From positions 112,984-176,983 of the forward strand of contig MGKE01000014.1 in NCBI GenBank assembly GCA_001794635.1: a DNA stretch of 64,000 nt, given 5' to 3'. This DNA comes from Candidatus Yanofskybacteria bacterium RIFCSPLOWO2_01_FULL_39_28. Lineage in GTDB: Bacteria; Patescibacteriota; Minisyncoccia; 2-02-FULL-40-12; GWA2-44-9. The position numbers and the translations under genes are program-made. Under the pieces are notes generated by a model. It was not told the origin of the DNA. It did not search any database and saw nothing but the letters and a program-made list of their open reading frames with translations. Numbering within the stretch: position 1 is the first letter of the stretch; the number at the start of each line of letters is the position of its first letter. This document shows, piece by piece, positions 55,373-64,000 of the stretch.

Positions 55373-57396
55373 ATTTTGTCGTCTGCGTCAAAATCGTCAA
55401 TCATTTGCCAATCGGCGCAAGCTACGGGTATTTCACCGATAAACCTGGAAGGTAAAGTTGCCGAAGATGAGCCGAAAATTCTGCGATATTTTGTATAAGT
55501 TAGGATAAGGTGGTCCTTTGCTCTGGTTATAGCAACATAACAAAGGCGGCGTTCTTCTTCTAGTTCGTGAGGATTATAAGTGGTTCGGCTATGAGGAAAC
55601 AGCCCTTCTTCCATACCGATAATAAATACAACAGGAAATTCTAACCCCTTTGAAGCGTGGATTGTCATCAGGGTTATTCTATCAGGATCATTTCTTAATT
55701 TGTCCGTGTGTTGCAGGAGAGCCACTTCTTCCAAAAATTTCTCCACCCCCTCTTTACCCGAAAGATCATCATATTTGGAAGCAACAGTTTGCAGTTCTTT
55801 TAAATTTTCCATTCTGTCTTCCAGGTTTTCATAGTCGCCTGTTTTTGAAAGACTGAACTCTCTTAGATAGTCTTCGTAATTTATCTTCTTAATTATGTAT
55901 TTTATTATTTCTCGGAGATTTTTCTTTTCTGATATCTCGCCAATATCGGTCAAAAGTTTATGAAAATCAGTTACGGCTGTGAGTTGTCGCGGCGGCAAGT
56001 TTTTTGATTCCAAAGAAACAGCCAAAGCAGCTACAATATTTTTTTCGCTATTATTTCTGACTTTTTCAATTATGCTTTTACCGATTCCCCGCGTTGGAAC
56101 ATTGTATATTCTCTCCAGGGCAAGTGAGTCTGTTGGATTAACAACTAACTTAAGATAGGCCAAGATGTCTTTTATCTCCTTTCTCTCATAGAATTTAAGA
56201 CCGCCGATAATTTGATAAGGGAAACCACTCATAATCAGAGCTTCTTCTATGGCTCGGGACTGTGCATGGGTCCGATAAAGAACGGCAAAATCTTTTGCGC
56301 CCAGACCGCTCTTCATCAAATCTTCCATCCTTGATATTACAAAACCAGCCTCGTGGCGTTCGTTAATAGTTTCGGCAACTAATATTTTTTCTCCGTGGTT
56401 ATTTTCAGTCCAGAGTGATTTCTGGATCTGGTTTTTGTTTTTTGAAATTATTTCCTGGGCGGCGGTGATAATGTTTTTGGTTGAACGATAATTTTGTTCA
56501 AGCATAACTACTTTTGCCTCCGGATAGTCTTTTTGGAAGTTGAGAATATTTCTGATATCAGCTCGACGGAACTGATAGATTGACTGGGCGTCATCGCCGA
56601 TACAGAACAAGTTTCTGTATTTTTGGGCCAGCAAACTTATTAAAACATACTGGTCATGACTAGTGTCTTGATATTCATCAACAAGGATATATTTCCACAT
56701 CTCCTGGTATTTAGTCAGTGTTTCGCTGTTTTGTTTGAATATTTTAACCGGCAAAACTATAAGATCGTCAAAATCAACGGCGTTTAAATCTTTTAGTTCC
56801 TGTTGGTACTTTTTGTAGATTTTAGCAAGGATTTCGGAATAGTAATCTTTGGGCTCATGGTTTTCTGGAAAAATAAGCTGGGTTTTTAACTCTGATATTT
56901 TGTACAAAATTATTTTAGGATTGAAGCTTTTCGCATCTATTTCTAAATCACCCATCACCCTTTTTAATAATCCCAACTGATCATCCTCATCAAAGACTGT
57001 GAAATTTCGGCGGTAACCAAGTTGAGGTGCTTCATTGCGTAATATTTTAAGGCCAATTGAATGAAAAGTTCCAATTTGCGGCGTAGTCATAAATCGTCCT
57101 GAGCTTGCTTGCTCTGAGCTTGTCGAAGATGCCGAAGGACTACCTAAAAGTTTTTCTACTCTTTCTCTCATCTCCCCCGATGCTTTATTTGTGAAAGTTA
57201 CGGCCAGAATATTCTCCGGCAGAATGCCTTGATAAATTAGGTAAGCAACTCGGTGGGTCAAACACCTTGTTTTACCTGAACCCGGGCCGGAAATAACCAA
57301 AACCGGTCCGTCAGTAATTTTGACAGCTTCAATTTGTTTTTCGTTTAAACCCTTGATTATTTCTTTCACATTAATTAAGGTATCAGAATCGTTCAT
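55363..57396 (-). CDS. pcrA: UvrD/PcrA-type ATP-dependent DNA helicase
   Basis: 677 aa. GPGSGKT, DEYQDTS, and the later helicase motifs. The last codons and stop (tactactaa) come from the hairpin repeat. Confidence 0.92.
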   Translation of the reverse strand: MNDSDTLINVKEIIKGLNEKQIEAVKITDGPVLVISGPGSGKTRCLTHRVAYLIYQGILPENILAVTFTNKASGEMRERVEKLLGSPSASSTSSEQASSGRFMTTPQIGTFHSIGLKILRNEAPQLGYRRNFTVFDEDDQLGLLKRVMGDLEIDAKSFNPKIILYKISELKTQLIFPENHEPKDYYSEILAKIYKKYQQELKDLNAVDFDDLIVLPVKIFKQNSETLTKYQEMWKYILVDEYQDTSHDQYVLISLLAQKYRNLFCIGDDAQSIYQFRRADIRNILNFQKDYPEAKVVMLEQNYRSTKNIITAAQEIISKNKNQIQKSLWTENNHGEKILVAETINERHEAGFVISRMEDLMKSGLGAKDFAVLYRTHAQSRAIEEALIMSGFPYQIIGGLKFYERKEIKDILAYLKLVVNPTDSLALERIYNVPTRGIGKSIIEKVRNNSEKNIVAALAVSLESKNLPPRQLTAVTDFHKLLTDIGEISEKKNLREIIKYIIKKINYEDYLREFSLSKTGDYENLEDRMENLKELQTVASKYDDLSGKEGVEKFLEEVALLQHTDKLRNDPDRITLMTIHASKGLEFPVVFIIGMEEGLFPHSRTTYNPHELEEERRLCYVAITRAKDHLILTYTKYRRIFGSSSATLPSRFIGEIPVACADWQMIDDFDADDKIYY

Positions 57397-57412
57397 TGAA
57401 AGGAAGAAGATT

Positions 57413-57850
57413 GTGGAGCAGTCCAGGAAAATAGAGAAGGAACCGACCGACTTAATAATTCAGGAGACTTCTTTAAGAGCTAAGAAAAGCAATTTTGGTA
57501 ACGCAAATACTGACGTGATTCAATGTTTGTACTTTAGACTTCAGAGTTTGGTTAAAGCAGAGCTACCCGACTCATCAGAAGAAATGACATTGTTTATGAA
57601 GCAATATGTCACTCTTGATATTATTTCCCTTGGCTCTGGAGCTATTTTCAACATGCAAGGTTTTCTTGAAAACAAAAATGTCCCAGATGAGATTAAGGAT
57701 TTGATAAACAGAATTTTTGCCAAACTTGACCCACGAGATCTTAATTATAGATTTGGTCCATGCCCTTGTGTATCTTGCGCGAATCCAGCGTTAGCTCTCG
57801 CAATGCATATATTTCTAGAAGATCAAGATTATTCTAAAACCGTTCACTAA
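57413..57850 (+). CDS. hypothetical protein
   Basis: GTG 57413 lies 6 nt after AGGAAG. The tracked start at 57320 overlaps the pcrA 5' end. 145 aa with no recognised motif. Confidence 0.4.
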   Translation: MEQSRKIEKEPTDLIIQETSLRAKKSNFGNANTDVIQCLYFRLQSLVKAELPDSSEEMTLFMKQYVTLDIISLGSGAIFNMQGFLENKNVPDEIKDLINRIFAKLDPRDLNYRFGPCPCVSCANPALALAMHIFLEDQDYSKTVH

Positions 57851-57873
57851 CCGCTTTGGCGGTTTTTTCAATA

Positions 57874-58116
57874 CTACTCATTATAAAAATGAGACATAAG
57901 TTCTGATTCGGAAATATATTTTGATGCTTGATTAAAAATAGCCCGAAGAGTTCCTTTATCCAATTCTTTATGATTTGGAATAGTAAGTGTTTGATTATTT
58001 TTCTTTATAGTTCTGCGAAGTTTAACATGACTTCCCCTTTGGGAAATTATGGCAAAATTAAAAGACTCAAGAATCTTTATCACATTTTCACCTGATAAGA
58101 CCTTGAGTCTAGGCAT
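57874..58116 (-). CDS. hicA: HicA-family mRNA interferase toxin
   Basis: 80 aa. KILESFNFAIISQRGSHVKLRR...TIPNHKELDKGTL. Confidence 0.8.
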   Translation of the reverse strand: MPRLKVLSGENVIKILESFNFAIISQRGSHVKLRRTIKKNNQTLTIPNHKELDKGTLRAIFNQASKYISESELMSHFYNE

Positions 58117-58333
58117 GAATCTGAGGGAGTTCGAAATTCATTAAAACAGAGGGATTTGGAGCAATATCAAAATCGGCAGGATTTTCTCCTTCTAAATGTA
58201 GGTCAACCGCCTCTTGAATATTTACCGCTAATTCATCTAGGGTCTTACCTTGAGTAACCACAGGTAAATCTACCCCCTCAGCGGTATAGTATTTATCACC
58301 TTTAGAAATACGGAACTGTATGATTCTTTTCAT
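58109..58333 (-). CDS. hicB: HicB-family antitoxin (UPF0150-like)
   Basis: 74 aa. YYTAEGVDLPVVTQGKTLDELAVNIQEAVDLHLE. 8-nt overlap with hicA. Confidence 0.75.
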   Translation of the reverse strand: MKRIIQFRISKGDKYYTAEGVDLPVVTQGKTLDELAVNIQEAVDLHLEGENPADFDIAPNPSVLMNFELPQIHA

Positions 58334-58613
58334 AAGGCAATCATAGCAAATTAAACTCGGATTTACAATGTTGTTGTAGGTTCTTACCCTACCTCGTAAT
58401 TCACAACCTATTAAGGGGTCTGCTCTCTAAAGCTTTTTTTGAACGGATAACGATTAGTAATGGCCAAATTGTTTCAGCAAAACTCAATGCGCCATTAGAT
58501 TTTATCTGTAAAAATCGTGTTAAAAACAGTCCTCCGTTCAAGCTTAACTATCAGGGTGGACCTGGCGGTAATCTAAACCGCGTTCCGGCAACTCGCCCCG
58601 TTAGACATTTGTG

Positions 58614-58684
58614 TGGACCTAGGCGGAATCGAACCGCCGTCTCGTCAATGCGAATGACGTGTTCTGCCACTAGACCATAGGCCC
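58614..58684 (-). tRNA. tRNA-Ala(CGC)
   Basis: Acceptor gggccta/taggtcc with G3:U70, anticodon stem cgtca/tgacg, loop ttCGCat, and a weak D-stem. Confidence 0.75.
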
Positions 58685-58750
58685 ATGCCCATGTCTAACG
58701 GGGTGAAAATGCCGTATATTACCACTATACGACGGACCCATTTTGAATTG

Positions 58751-58822
58751 TCGGGCTGGTGGGAGTTGGACCCACTATTTCTTGGACCCGAACCAAGCGT
58801 GTTACCGGTACACTACAGCCCG
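58751..58822 (-). tRNA. tRNA-Pro(CGG)
   Basis: C1:G72 acceptor cgggctg/cagcccg (Pro-typical), loop ttCGGgt, and an unusual T-loop tccaact. Confidence 0.8.
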
Positions 58823-58828
58823 CCTAAC

Positions 58829-59227
58829 CTATTTTTTACCAGTACTCCCAAATCCTCCCCTAGTCTTGCTTTTCATTCTTGAAACTTCATGCCAGGTAGC
58901 TTTTACAAATTTAACAAATAATCCCTGCGCGATTCTTGTTCCGCGCTCAACTCTAACAGAATTTTTGGTGAAATTTAATAATGGTATTTTGTACTCATCT
59001 TTATTTCCCCTGAAATCTGAATCCCCTATTCCTATACCATGTGCCGGCATTAAACCTAACTTGTGGGTTGAGCTCCGAGAGGCTAGAAGAAAAAAATAAT
59101 CTTTTGGTGTTTCAACCGCAACATTTAACGGGACATAGCCAATTGTTTGAGGATTAATAACCATGGTCTCTCTGGCTACTAAGTCAAAACCAGCTGCCCC
59201 AATGGTCTTATATTCTGGCAGAGGCAA
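58829..59227 (-). CDS. dut: dUTP diphosphatase
   Basis: AAGFDL, RSS, GIGDSDFRG, RIAQ and RGGFGSTG motifs. The tracked start is TTG. The frame stays open upstream (IKKIKIKRFDKS), so the true start may be a non-ATG codon near 59260. Confidence 0.85.
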   Translation of the reverse strand: MPLPEYKTIGAAGFDLVARETMVINPQTIGYVPLNVAVETPKDYFFLLASRSSTHKLGLMPAHGIGIGDSDFRGNKDEYKIPLLNFTKNSVRVERGTRIAQGLFVKFVKATWHEVSRMKSKTRGGFGSTGKK

Positions 59228-59321
59228 ACTTTTATCAAATCGTTTTATTTTAATCTTTTTAATATGGGTTTATTATAACTTTCTGCGTTTGCGCTAAGAT
59301 TGAGGCAAAATTGAGCATTGG

Positions 59322-60761
59322 TTATACATAATATTTTTTCATACGGTCTTTTTCTTCTTCTTCAAGAGCTTTTTCTATTTTTTCAAGAGATTGTTTGAGT
59401 TCTTCGGGAGACTTTTTGTCTAGTTCGTGGATGCGTTGTTTCAAATATTCTTTTTTATTTCTTGCTGGATCGTCTAGAACTTCAGCCAGAAGAGAGTTTA
59501 GAATAAGTCCAATTTTTGGTCCTGGTTTTATACCGAGTTCGTTCATAAGCTCATTGCCGTTTACTTTAAGCATTTTAACCGATATTGGATCATTGGAAAC
59601 TTTATCAACAATATATTTGAGATGTCTTAATTTATACGGCACCGCTTTGGGGCGGCCGGATCCAATTCTGTCTGCTTCCCTGACCTTGATTAAGTCTTCA
59701 ATGTTTTCTAGACCAATGTTTGCTAAAAGTCGTCTTACTGACGATTCAGTAACCTCTTCGGGATTATAGTAAAACATGTGATATCGGACGAGTCTAATAA
59801 TTTTATCCGATTTTTCTTTAGGAAATTTTAATCGTTCAAGAATTTGGGCCACCATTTTTGCGCCGACAACTTCATGGCCATAGAAAGTAGATGTTTCATG
59901 GGATTGCCCTCTCTTTGTTCTGGGTTTACCAATATCATGGAACAAAGATGCCAAACGAACTTCTAACGAGTATTCTTTTTCCACGGTATATTTTAAGGCT
60001 CGAGTCAAATGTTCCCAGACTGTATATATATGATGAAGATTCTGATCCACCCCCATACCCTCTCGTAATTCAGGGACTATATATTGCAGAAGACCAGTTT
60101 CTTCAAGAAGCAGAACCCCGTCATAAGCGTTATCTGATTCTACTATTTTTATAAATTCATCTCTTATTCGTTCTTTGGAGATGTTTTTTAGCCAACCCGA
60201 ACGCTCTTTCATATAATACAGAGTTTTTTCCTCTATCTTAAATCCTAAAACAGTTGCAAACCTCACTGCCCTAAGAAGTCTAAGTGCATCATCCGAGAAA
60301 CATGTATTAGGATTTTCAACTGTTTTGATTATCTTGTTTTTTATATCATGCTCTCCTCCCCAGGGATCAATCCGCTGTTCACTATTTGGTGATAGGGCAA
60401 TAGCATTGATAGTAAAATCTCGACGCCCCAAATCATCGACTATATTATTTACAAATGTTACTTCTTCCGGATGTCGAGAATCCGTGTACTTGCCCTCTAC
60501 TCTGTATGGAGTGATCTGAACTTCTTTTAGACTTGATTCTTCTGAGCCAGTCTTCACAGTTACGGTACCGAAAGTATTAGTATAGAAATTTTCGGGAAAT
60601 ATTTTTTGTATTTCTTCTGGTTTGGCGTTGGTAGTAATATCCCAGTCTTTGGGAGTTTTTTTCATCAGCAAATCCCTAACGCAACCGCCCACAATATAGC
60701 CCTCATAACCGGCTTTTTGTAACTTTTCTAATATATTTTTTATTTCTTGAGGCAGTTGCAT
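59322..60761 (-). CDS. cca: CCA-adding tRNA nucleotidyltransferase with HD domain
   Basis: 479 aa. GGCVRDLL, RRDFTINA, and HDIGK. Confidence 0.88.
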   Translation of the reverse strand: MQLPQEIKNILEKLQKAGYEGYIVGGCVRDLLMKKTPKDWDITTNAKPEEIQKIFPENFYTNTFGTVTVKTGSEESSLKEVQITPYRVEGKYTDSRHPEEVTFVNNIVDDLGRRDFTINAIALSPNSEQRIDPWGGEHDIKNKIIKTVENPNTCFSDDALRLLRAVRFATVLGFKIEEKTLYYMKERSGWLKNISKERIRDEFIKIVESDNAYDGVLLLEETGLLQYIVPELREGMGVDQNLHHIYTVWEHLTRALKYTVEKEYSLEVRLASLFHDIGKPRTKRGQSHETSTFYGHEVVGAKMVAQILERLKFPKEKSDKIIRLVRYHMFYYNPEEVTESSVRRLLANIGLENIEDLIKVREADRIGSGRPKAVPYKLRHLKYIVDKVSNDPISVKMLKVNGNELMNELGIKPGPKIGLILNSLLAEVLDDPARNKKEYLKQRIHELDKKSPEELKQSLEKIEKALEEEEKDRMKKYYV

Positions 60762-60779
60762 TTTGTTTTTGCTTGCATT

Positions 60780-61283
60780 TCGTAGTTTTAGCGAACAAGT
60801 TACTACTGGTGCCCAAAGGGGAATTGAATTGGAACGGAATACTCCGAAATATCCGAGAGATTAAAGACCTTTTGGAGCTCGTCCTGCCGGAGGCAGGCAT
60901 AATTCCGGACTTTTCAACGCTTTATGCCTAAACACATGGAACTCACCTTTTACAACCGTAATTTTATCAGAAAAATCTGGATCATTCCAGACCACATCGG
61001 CTCCCAATTAAACGCCCCGATTGTTGCCACGTGTGTGCCCTTGTGGCGAGCTTTGTGCCGAGAGTAAGAGCTTTGACCAATTGCGATACTGACGAGCCGT
61101 AAAACCAAATTTGAGAGCGTGGGACGATTTGCTTAACTTTTCAAAGATTAAGCAAATATGACTCACTTCTCCGACTTACCCTTTTGCTTAACAGAATCCG
61201 GATCGGGTAAGGCAACCAGCAAATCCCAAAGTTGGCGTACTCGGTCTTTCTTGTCCGGCACGTCTTTATAAATCACTTCAACC
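60780..61283 (-). pseudogene. decayed coding remnants (frameshifted fragments), GC-richer than the flanks
   Basis: Minus-strand fragments lie in different frames: VEVIYKDVPDKKDRVRQLWDLLVALPDPDSVKQKGKSEK*, KVKQIVPRSQIWFYGSSVSQLVKALTLGTKLATRAHTWQQSGRLIGS, and VVWNDPDFSDKITVVKGEFHVFRHKALKSPEL. There is no intact ORF of 60 aa or more with a plausible start. Confidence 0.4.
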
Positions 61284-61466
61284 TTAAATTTTGGGTTCCT
61301 CTTTTTTCTCATTGTTTTTAGCTTTGAGCTTTTGCTCGTGTTGGTAATCTAAATCCATGACGATAAGATTGGCTAAACGATCGAGGAAGATTTCCTCCAT
61401 TTGCGCCAAGGTCATACCCTCTGGCAATTTGCGTGGTTCCCAATTCTTTTTAGTTGTTTTTGCCAT
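61284..61466 (-). CDS. small hypothetical protein (last gene of the ATPase operon)
   Basis: 60-aa ORF starting 2 nt after the upstream stop. Confidence 0.4.
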   Translation of the reverse strand: MAKTTKKNWEPRKLPEGMTLAQMEEIFLDRLANLIVMDLDYQHEQKLKAKNNEKKEEPKI

Positions 61467-61468
61467 GT

Positions 61469-61894
61469 TTATTTTTCAGCGTGGGCGGTTATTTCCAAAT
61501 TACAACTGTGGTGTTCTTTACACCATGCTTCGCAGGCTTTTGCCCACTTCTTTTCTCGATACTTCAGTTTGCACTCCGGACATTCATACAAAGGCGATTG
61601 AGATTGATGTTCCAGCAATTTCTCGGCCGGGGAGATACCGCCAAGCATCTTGTGGGGAAAATAATTCCAGGCGTCGGTTACTAGCTCAAGCACATTGCTC
61701 AATTCTGAAGCGTCTCCGCCACGATCAAACATGGCTACCACTTTCATCATGTCGTCGTTGTCTTCCTCGTTATAAATGGCATCCCGAACATGATCCAAAG
61801 TAAAATCGCTCTCGGTTTCCTTGAACATATCGGTAAGCTCCTGCTCGATCTCTTTTCGCCGTTCAAGAATTTCTTGTTTTGATTCGATTTCCAT
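61469..61894 (-). CDS. hypothetical protein with a C-terminal Cys/His zinc-ribbon-like motif
   Basis: 141 aa. YECPECKLKYREKKWAKACEAWCKEHHSCN. Confidence 0.5.
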   Translation of the reverse strand: MEIESKQEILERRKEIEQELTDMFKETESDFTLDHVRDAIYNEEDNDDMMKVVAMFDRGGDASELSNVLELVTDAWNYFPHKMLGGISPAEKLLEHQSQSPLYECPECKLKYREKKWAKACEAWCKEHHSCNLEITAHAEK

Positions 61895-61896
61895 AA

Positions 61897-62271
61897 TTAA
61901 AATGGGATGTCTTCTGGGTTTACTTCTTCTTCGTCATTACTACTTTCTAAAGCATCATTATCATCAAGATTTTCACCCTGAACATCAGCAGAATATTTAC
62001 CTATTGCCTCATTGTACAAGTTAGCAACCTCCGTATTGAATTGGTCTTTGTCGGTTAAAAATTGTCCAAACTTTGTATGAACATTCTCGTAAATTACTTG
62101 ATGAGCTTTATTCCCTAAAAGATTTTCATCGTAAGCATCTAACTCAAAGCTATCTGTTTCCGCCGCATTCAACAATGCAAGTAATCCATTCTTATCAATT
62201 TTGTCTATCTCTTGGTATTCTTTTCCATCCCAATAGAAACCTTTATTATTTTCAATCTTTAAATATTTCAT
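61897..62271 (-). CDS. acidic hypothetical protein
   Basis: 124 aa. ATGA overlap with the ATPase gene. Acidic C-terminal tail. Confidence 0.5.
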   Translation of the reverse strand: MKYLKIENNKGFYWDGKEYQEIDKIDKNGLLALLNAAETDSFELDAYDENLLGNKAHQVIYENVHTKFGQFLTDKDQFNTEVANLYNEAIGKYSADVQGENLDDNDALESSNDEEEVNPEDIPF

Positions 62272-64000
62272 ATTATTTTTTTGAAGCTGTCATATAATCC
62301 TTTTCGAGTGCTATATGCCTCTTGACCAGCTTCCAATGTGTCCAAAAGGGTATCATAGCTACCTATTGATTCGGTTCCATTTGCAGTTTTAAACTCTTTT
62401 TCTCCTGGTGAACCAGAAAATATTCTATATTCATCTTTGCCGTTAACTATTTTTCTTTGCGTATAGAGCACATAATCAGGCTCCATAAGCATACCTACTG
62501 TATTATTGTGAGTTACAACGATGACAGGCATTTCTTTTGAGATATCTTTTATCTCTTTGTTTACATTTTTCTTTAAGAACAAGTTGTCAAAAGAAGATTC
62601 AGGCTCATCTATTAACAACATCTCGTATTGACGAGCATCCTGTAAAACTCTAAGCAAATTAAATTCCGCCATTTCACCCCCAGACACTTTCTTGTCGTAC
62701 TCATTCAGAACCTGATAGGTTACTTTGCAAAAATATCGATATAATTCAGTTTTTTCGAGACTTTCAATAATTTTTAATTCCTCAAGAAAAGCAATTGGTA
62801 AGTTGTATTTTACGAATGCGTTAGTGAAGGATACTTGTTTTCCAGATTCGTCGTGTAGTCCCTGTGCCCCCACATAGGGGCTCGCGATTGCTCTGATTTT
62901 GAATTTTCCGAACGACTCCGTTTTCTTAATCTCAGTTTCTTTCTTTATCGAATTTGCAACAGCATTAAATCTTCTTATCCGTTCTCTCTCTAGTTTAATG
63001 CGATAAAAATCTATGTCGTCATCATCAATCTTGGGACTGGAGGTCTTACTCTCAAGTTGTTGTCTTATCTCACTAACAAGTTCATTTATCCATTCTTTCT
63101 TTAGGCGTGCCTCTAATAACTTTTTATACTGCTTTGCCAGATCATTAGATAAATTTTTTAGATTATCATCAGAAATATACTTACTGATCGTGCTTTTATA
63201 AGTATGATTATTTAGCAACAACATTACCGCTTTTAACAAGCGTTTCAATTCTTCCTCTTGGGTTTTTCGTACCTGGTATTTTGTTTCTTTGAACAGTTTT
63301 GCTTTAGAAAATTCATCCTGAAGTTTCTCACTGGAAGCAAAATCTAACAATGTCTCGATATACTTTTCCAATTGGTGATTCGTTGCTCTACGATCTATCT
63401 CGATGACGTCCTCTACGACCTTACGAAATTCTTTCAAGTGCTCTTCTCTTATTGCACTTTTGTCCTTTTCCACCCTTTCATTAAATTTCTTCTCGTCATC
63501 TCTTACCAAATCAAATTGTTTTATGTATTTAATGGATTTTTCTTCGGTTTCGTAAATATCCTTTAATTTATCAAGAAAATAGGTTTTCCCCGATGATCTT
63601 CCACCAATAATAATATTTAACCCGCTTGATAACTCCTGTCCGTCACTAAAGACTTGAAAGAATCCGTGCCTACCGGTATTTGATAAGAAAACTTTGTTTT
63701 TATCTCTTAGAGCTGTCTTAATAGCGCTAAGTGTTAGCGGATTGGAATTTGTGTTAATAAAAGTGTGCTTACCTTGGTGCCTTTCAGCATCCAGGTCGAC
63801 ACTGATCCGTGCATCACTAAATACAACAGGCGTTAGAGAGTTTGTTTCTTTTATAATTCGGTAAAATTTTTTTGGACTTTGAACTTCGCCGGCAAAGATA
63901 CAGTCTGAGAGTGAATCGATCGCACTTTGGCGAACTTTTGGCCTTTTGTCGTAATGGGGAATCAGTAGATATCCGCCCAAATCAACAAAGATTTCTTTTA
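62268..64000 (-). CDS. SMC/ABC-type ATPase with a coiled-coil insertion (N-terminus beyond the window end)
   Basis: Walker A GGRSSGKT, about 300 aa of charged helical sequence, signature VSGGEMAEF, Walker B MLLIDEPESSFD, and H-loop VVTHN. The frame stays open from 63980 to 64000 (..KEIFVDLGGYLLIPHYDK). Confidence 0.75.
   Translation of the reverse strand, partial: KEIFVDLGGYLLIPHYDKRPKVRQSAIDSLSDCIFAGEVQSPKKFYRIIKETNSLTPVVFSDARISVDLDAERHQGKHTFINTNSNPLTLSAIKTALRDKNKVFLSNTGRHGFFQVFSDGQELSSGLNIIIGGRSSGKTYFLDKLKDIYETEEKSIKYIKQFDLVRDDEKKFNERVEKDKSAIREEHLKEFRKVVEDVIEIDRRATNHQLEKYIETLLDFASSEKLQDEFSKAKLFKETKYQVRKTQEEELKRLLKAVMLLLNNHTYKSTISKYISDDNLKNLSNDLAKQYKKLLEARLKKEWINELVSEIRQQLESKTSSPKIDDDDIDFYRIKLERERIRRFNAVANSIKKETEIKKTESFGKFKIRAIASPYVGAQGLHDESGKQVSFTNAFVKYNLPIAFLEELKIIESLEKTELYRYFCKVTYQVLNEYDKKVSGGEMAEFNLLRVLQDARQYEMLLIDEPESSFDNLFLKKNVNKEIKDISKEMPVIVVTHNNTVGMLMEPDYVLYTQRKIVNGKDEYRIFSGSPGEKEFKTANGTESIGSYDTLLDTLEAGQEAYSTRKGLYDSFKKII

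Noticed and set aside
58340-58595. Region downstream of tRNA-Ala (minus strand, ggggcgagttgccggaacgcgg...ccgccaggtcc...) considered as SRP or tmRNA.
   Set aside because: It bears only a superficial resemblance (GCCAGGUCC). The conserved domain IV loop motifs and tmRNA termini are missing, so it is left unassigned.
60780-61283. GC-richer ORF-free stretch considered as a structural RNA (RNase P RNA, tmRNA, SRP RNA).
   Set aside because: I could not find GGAAAGUCCGG/ACAGAACCCGGCUUA-type RNase P blocks, a tRNA-like tmRNA end or an SRP GGAA/AGCA motif. Translation gives protein-like fragments in shifting frames, so decayed genes are the better reading.

Overview
Low-GC, gene-dense bacterial chromosome segment. 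By inference it resembles a reduced CPR/Patescibacteria-type genome (short genes, T4SS-pilin-like genes, minimal VirB3/B4/B6 cluster, PilB-type ATPase); I cannot verify taxonomy. It spans the replication-origin neighbourhood (dnaN-dnaA divergent from rpmH-rnpA-yidD-yidC-jag). I support about 70 CDS, 10 tRNAs and several repeat or structured-element families. Housekeeping genes include gyrA, ftsH, rplS, tig, nusA, ruvB, ruvC, tyrS, a PBP1A homolog, lnt, rsmA, pcrA/uvrD, dut and cca. Main observations: (1) 9195-17564 is a GC-enriched island of six individually promoted and terminated genes. Most are unrecognisable, but they carry nuclease or RNA-end-processing hallmarks: PD-(D/E)XK, a 2H phosphoesterase fused to a MYG1/DHH-like domain, a decayed paralog of that domain, and a possible translin/TRAX-like protein. 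This is my best candidate for an undescribed system. (2) A multi-copy intergenic element (6 copies plus a fragment) has a conserved three-way-junction core and copy-specific, compensatory stems. (3) A CCCCACACTCA hairpin family sits on the start codons of rplS, rpmH and the cysteine desulfurase gene. (4) tRNA-Phe(GAA) is interrupted by a ~223-nt group I intron at an unusual anticodon-loop position, next to a free-standing LAGLIDADG-like ORF. (5) A TACGAAT/TACAAAT hairpin repeat family occurs in 'empty' copies and in one copy carrying a GxxExxY ORF with an in-frame stop. (6) Identical heptanucleotide arrays lie in the signal-peptide regions of two adjacent surface or pilin genes. (7) The right end is an accessory region: hicAB, a tRNA pair, decayed coding remnants and an SMC/ABC-like ATPase operon. 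No CRISPR array and no rRNA were seen. All homology calls come from motif recognition by eye; no searches were run.
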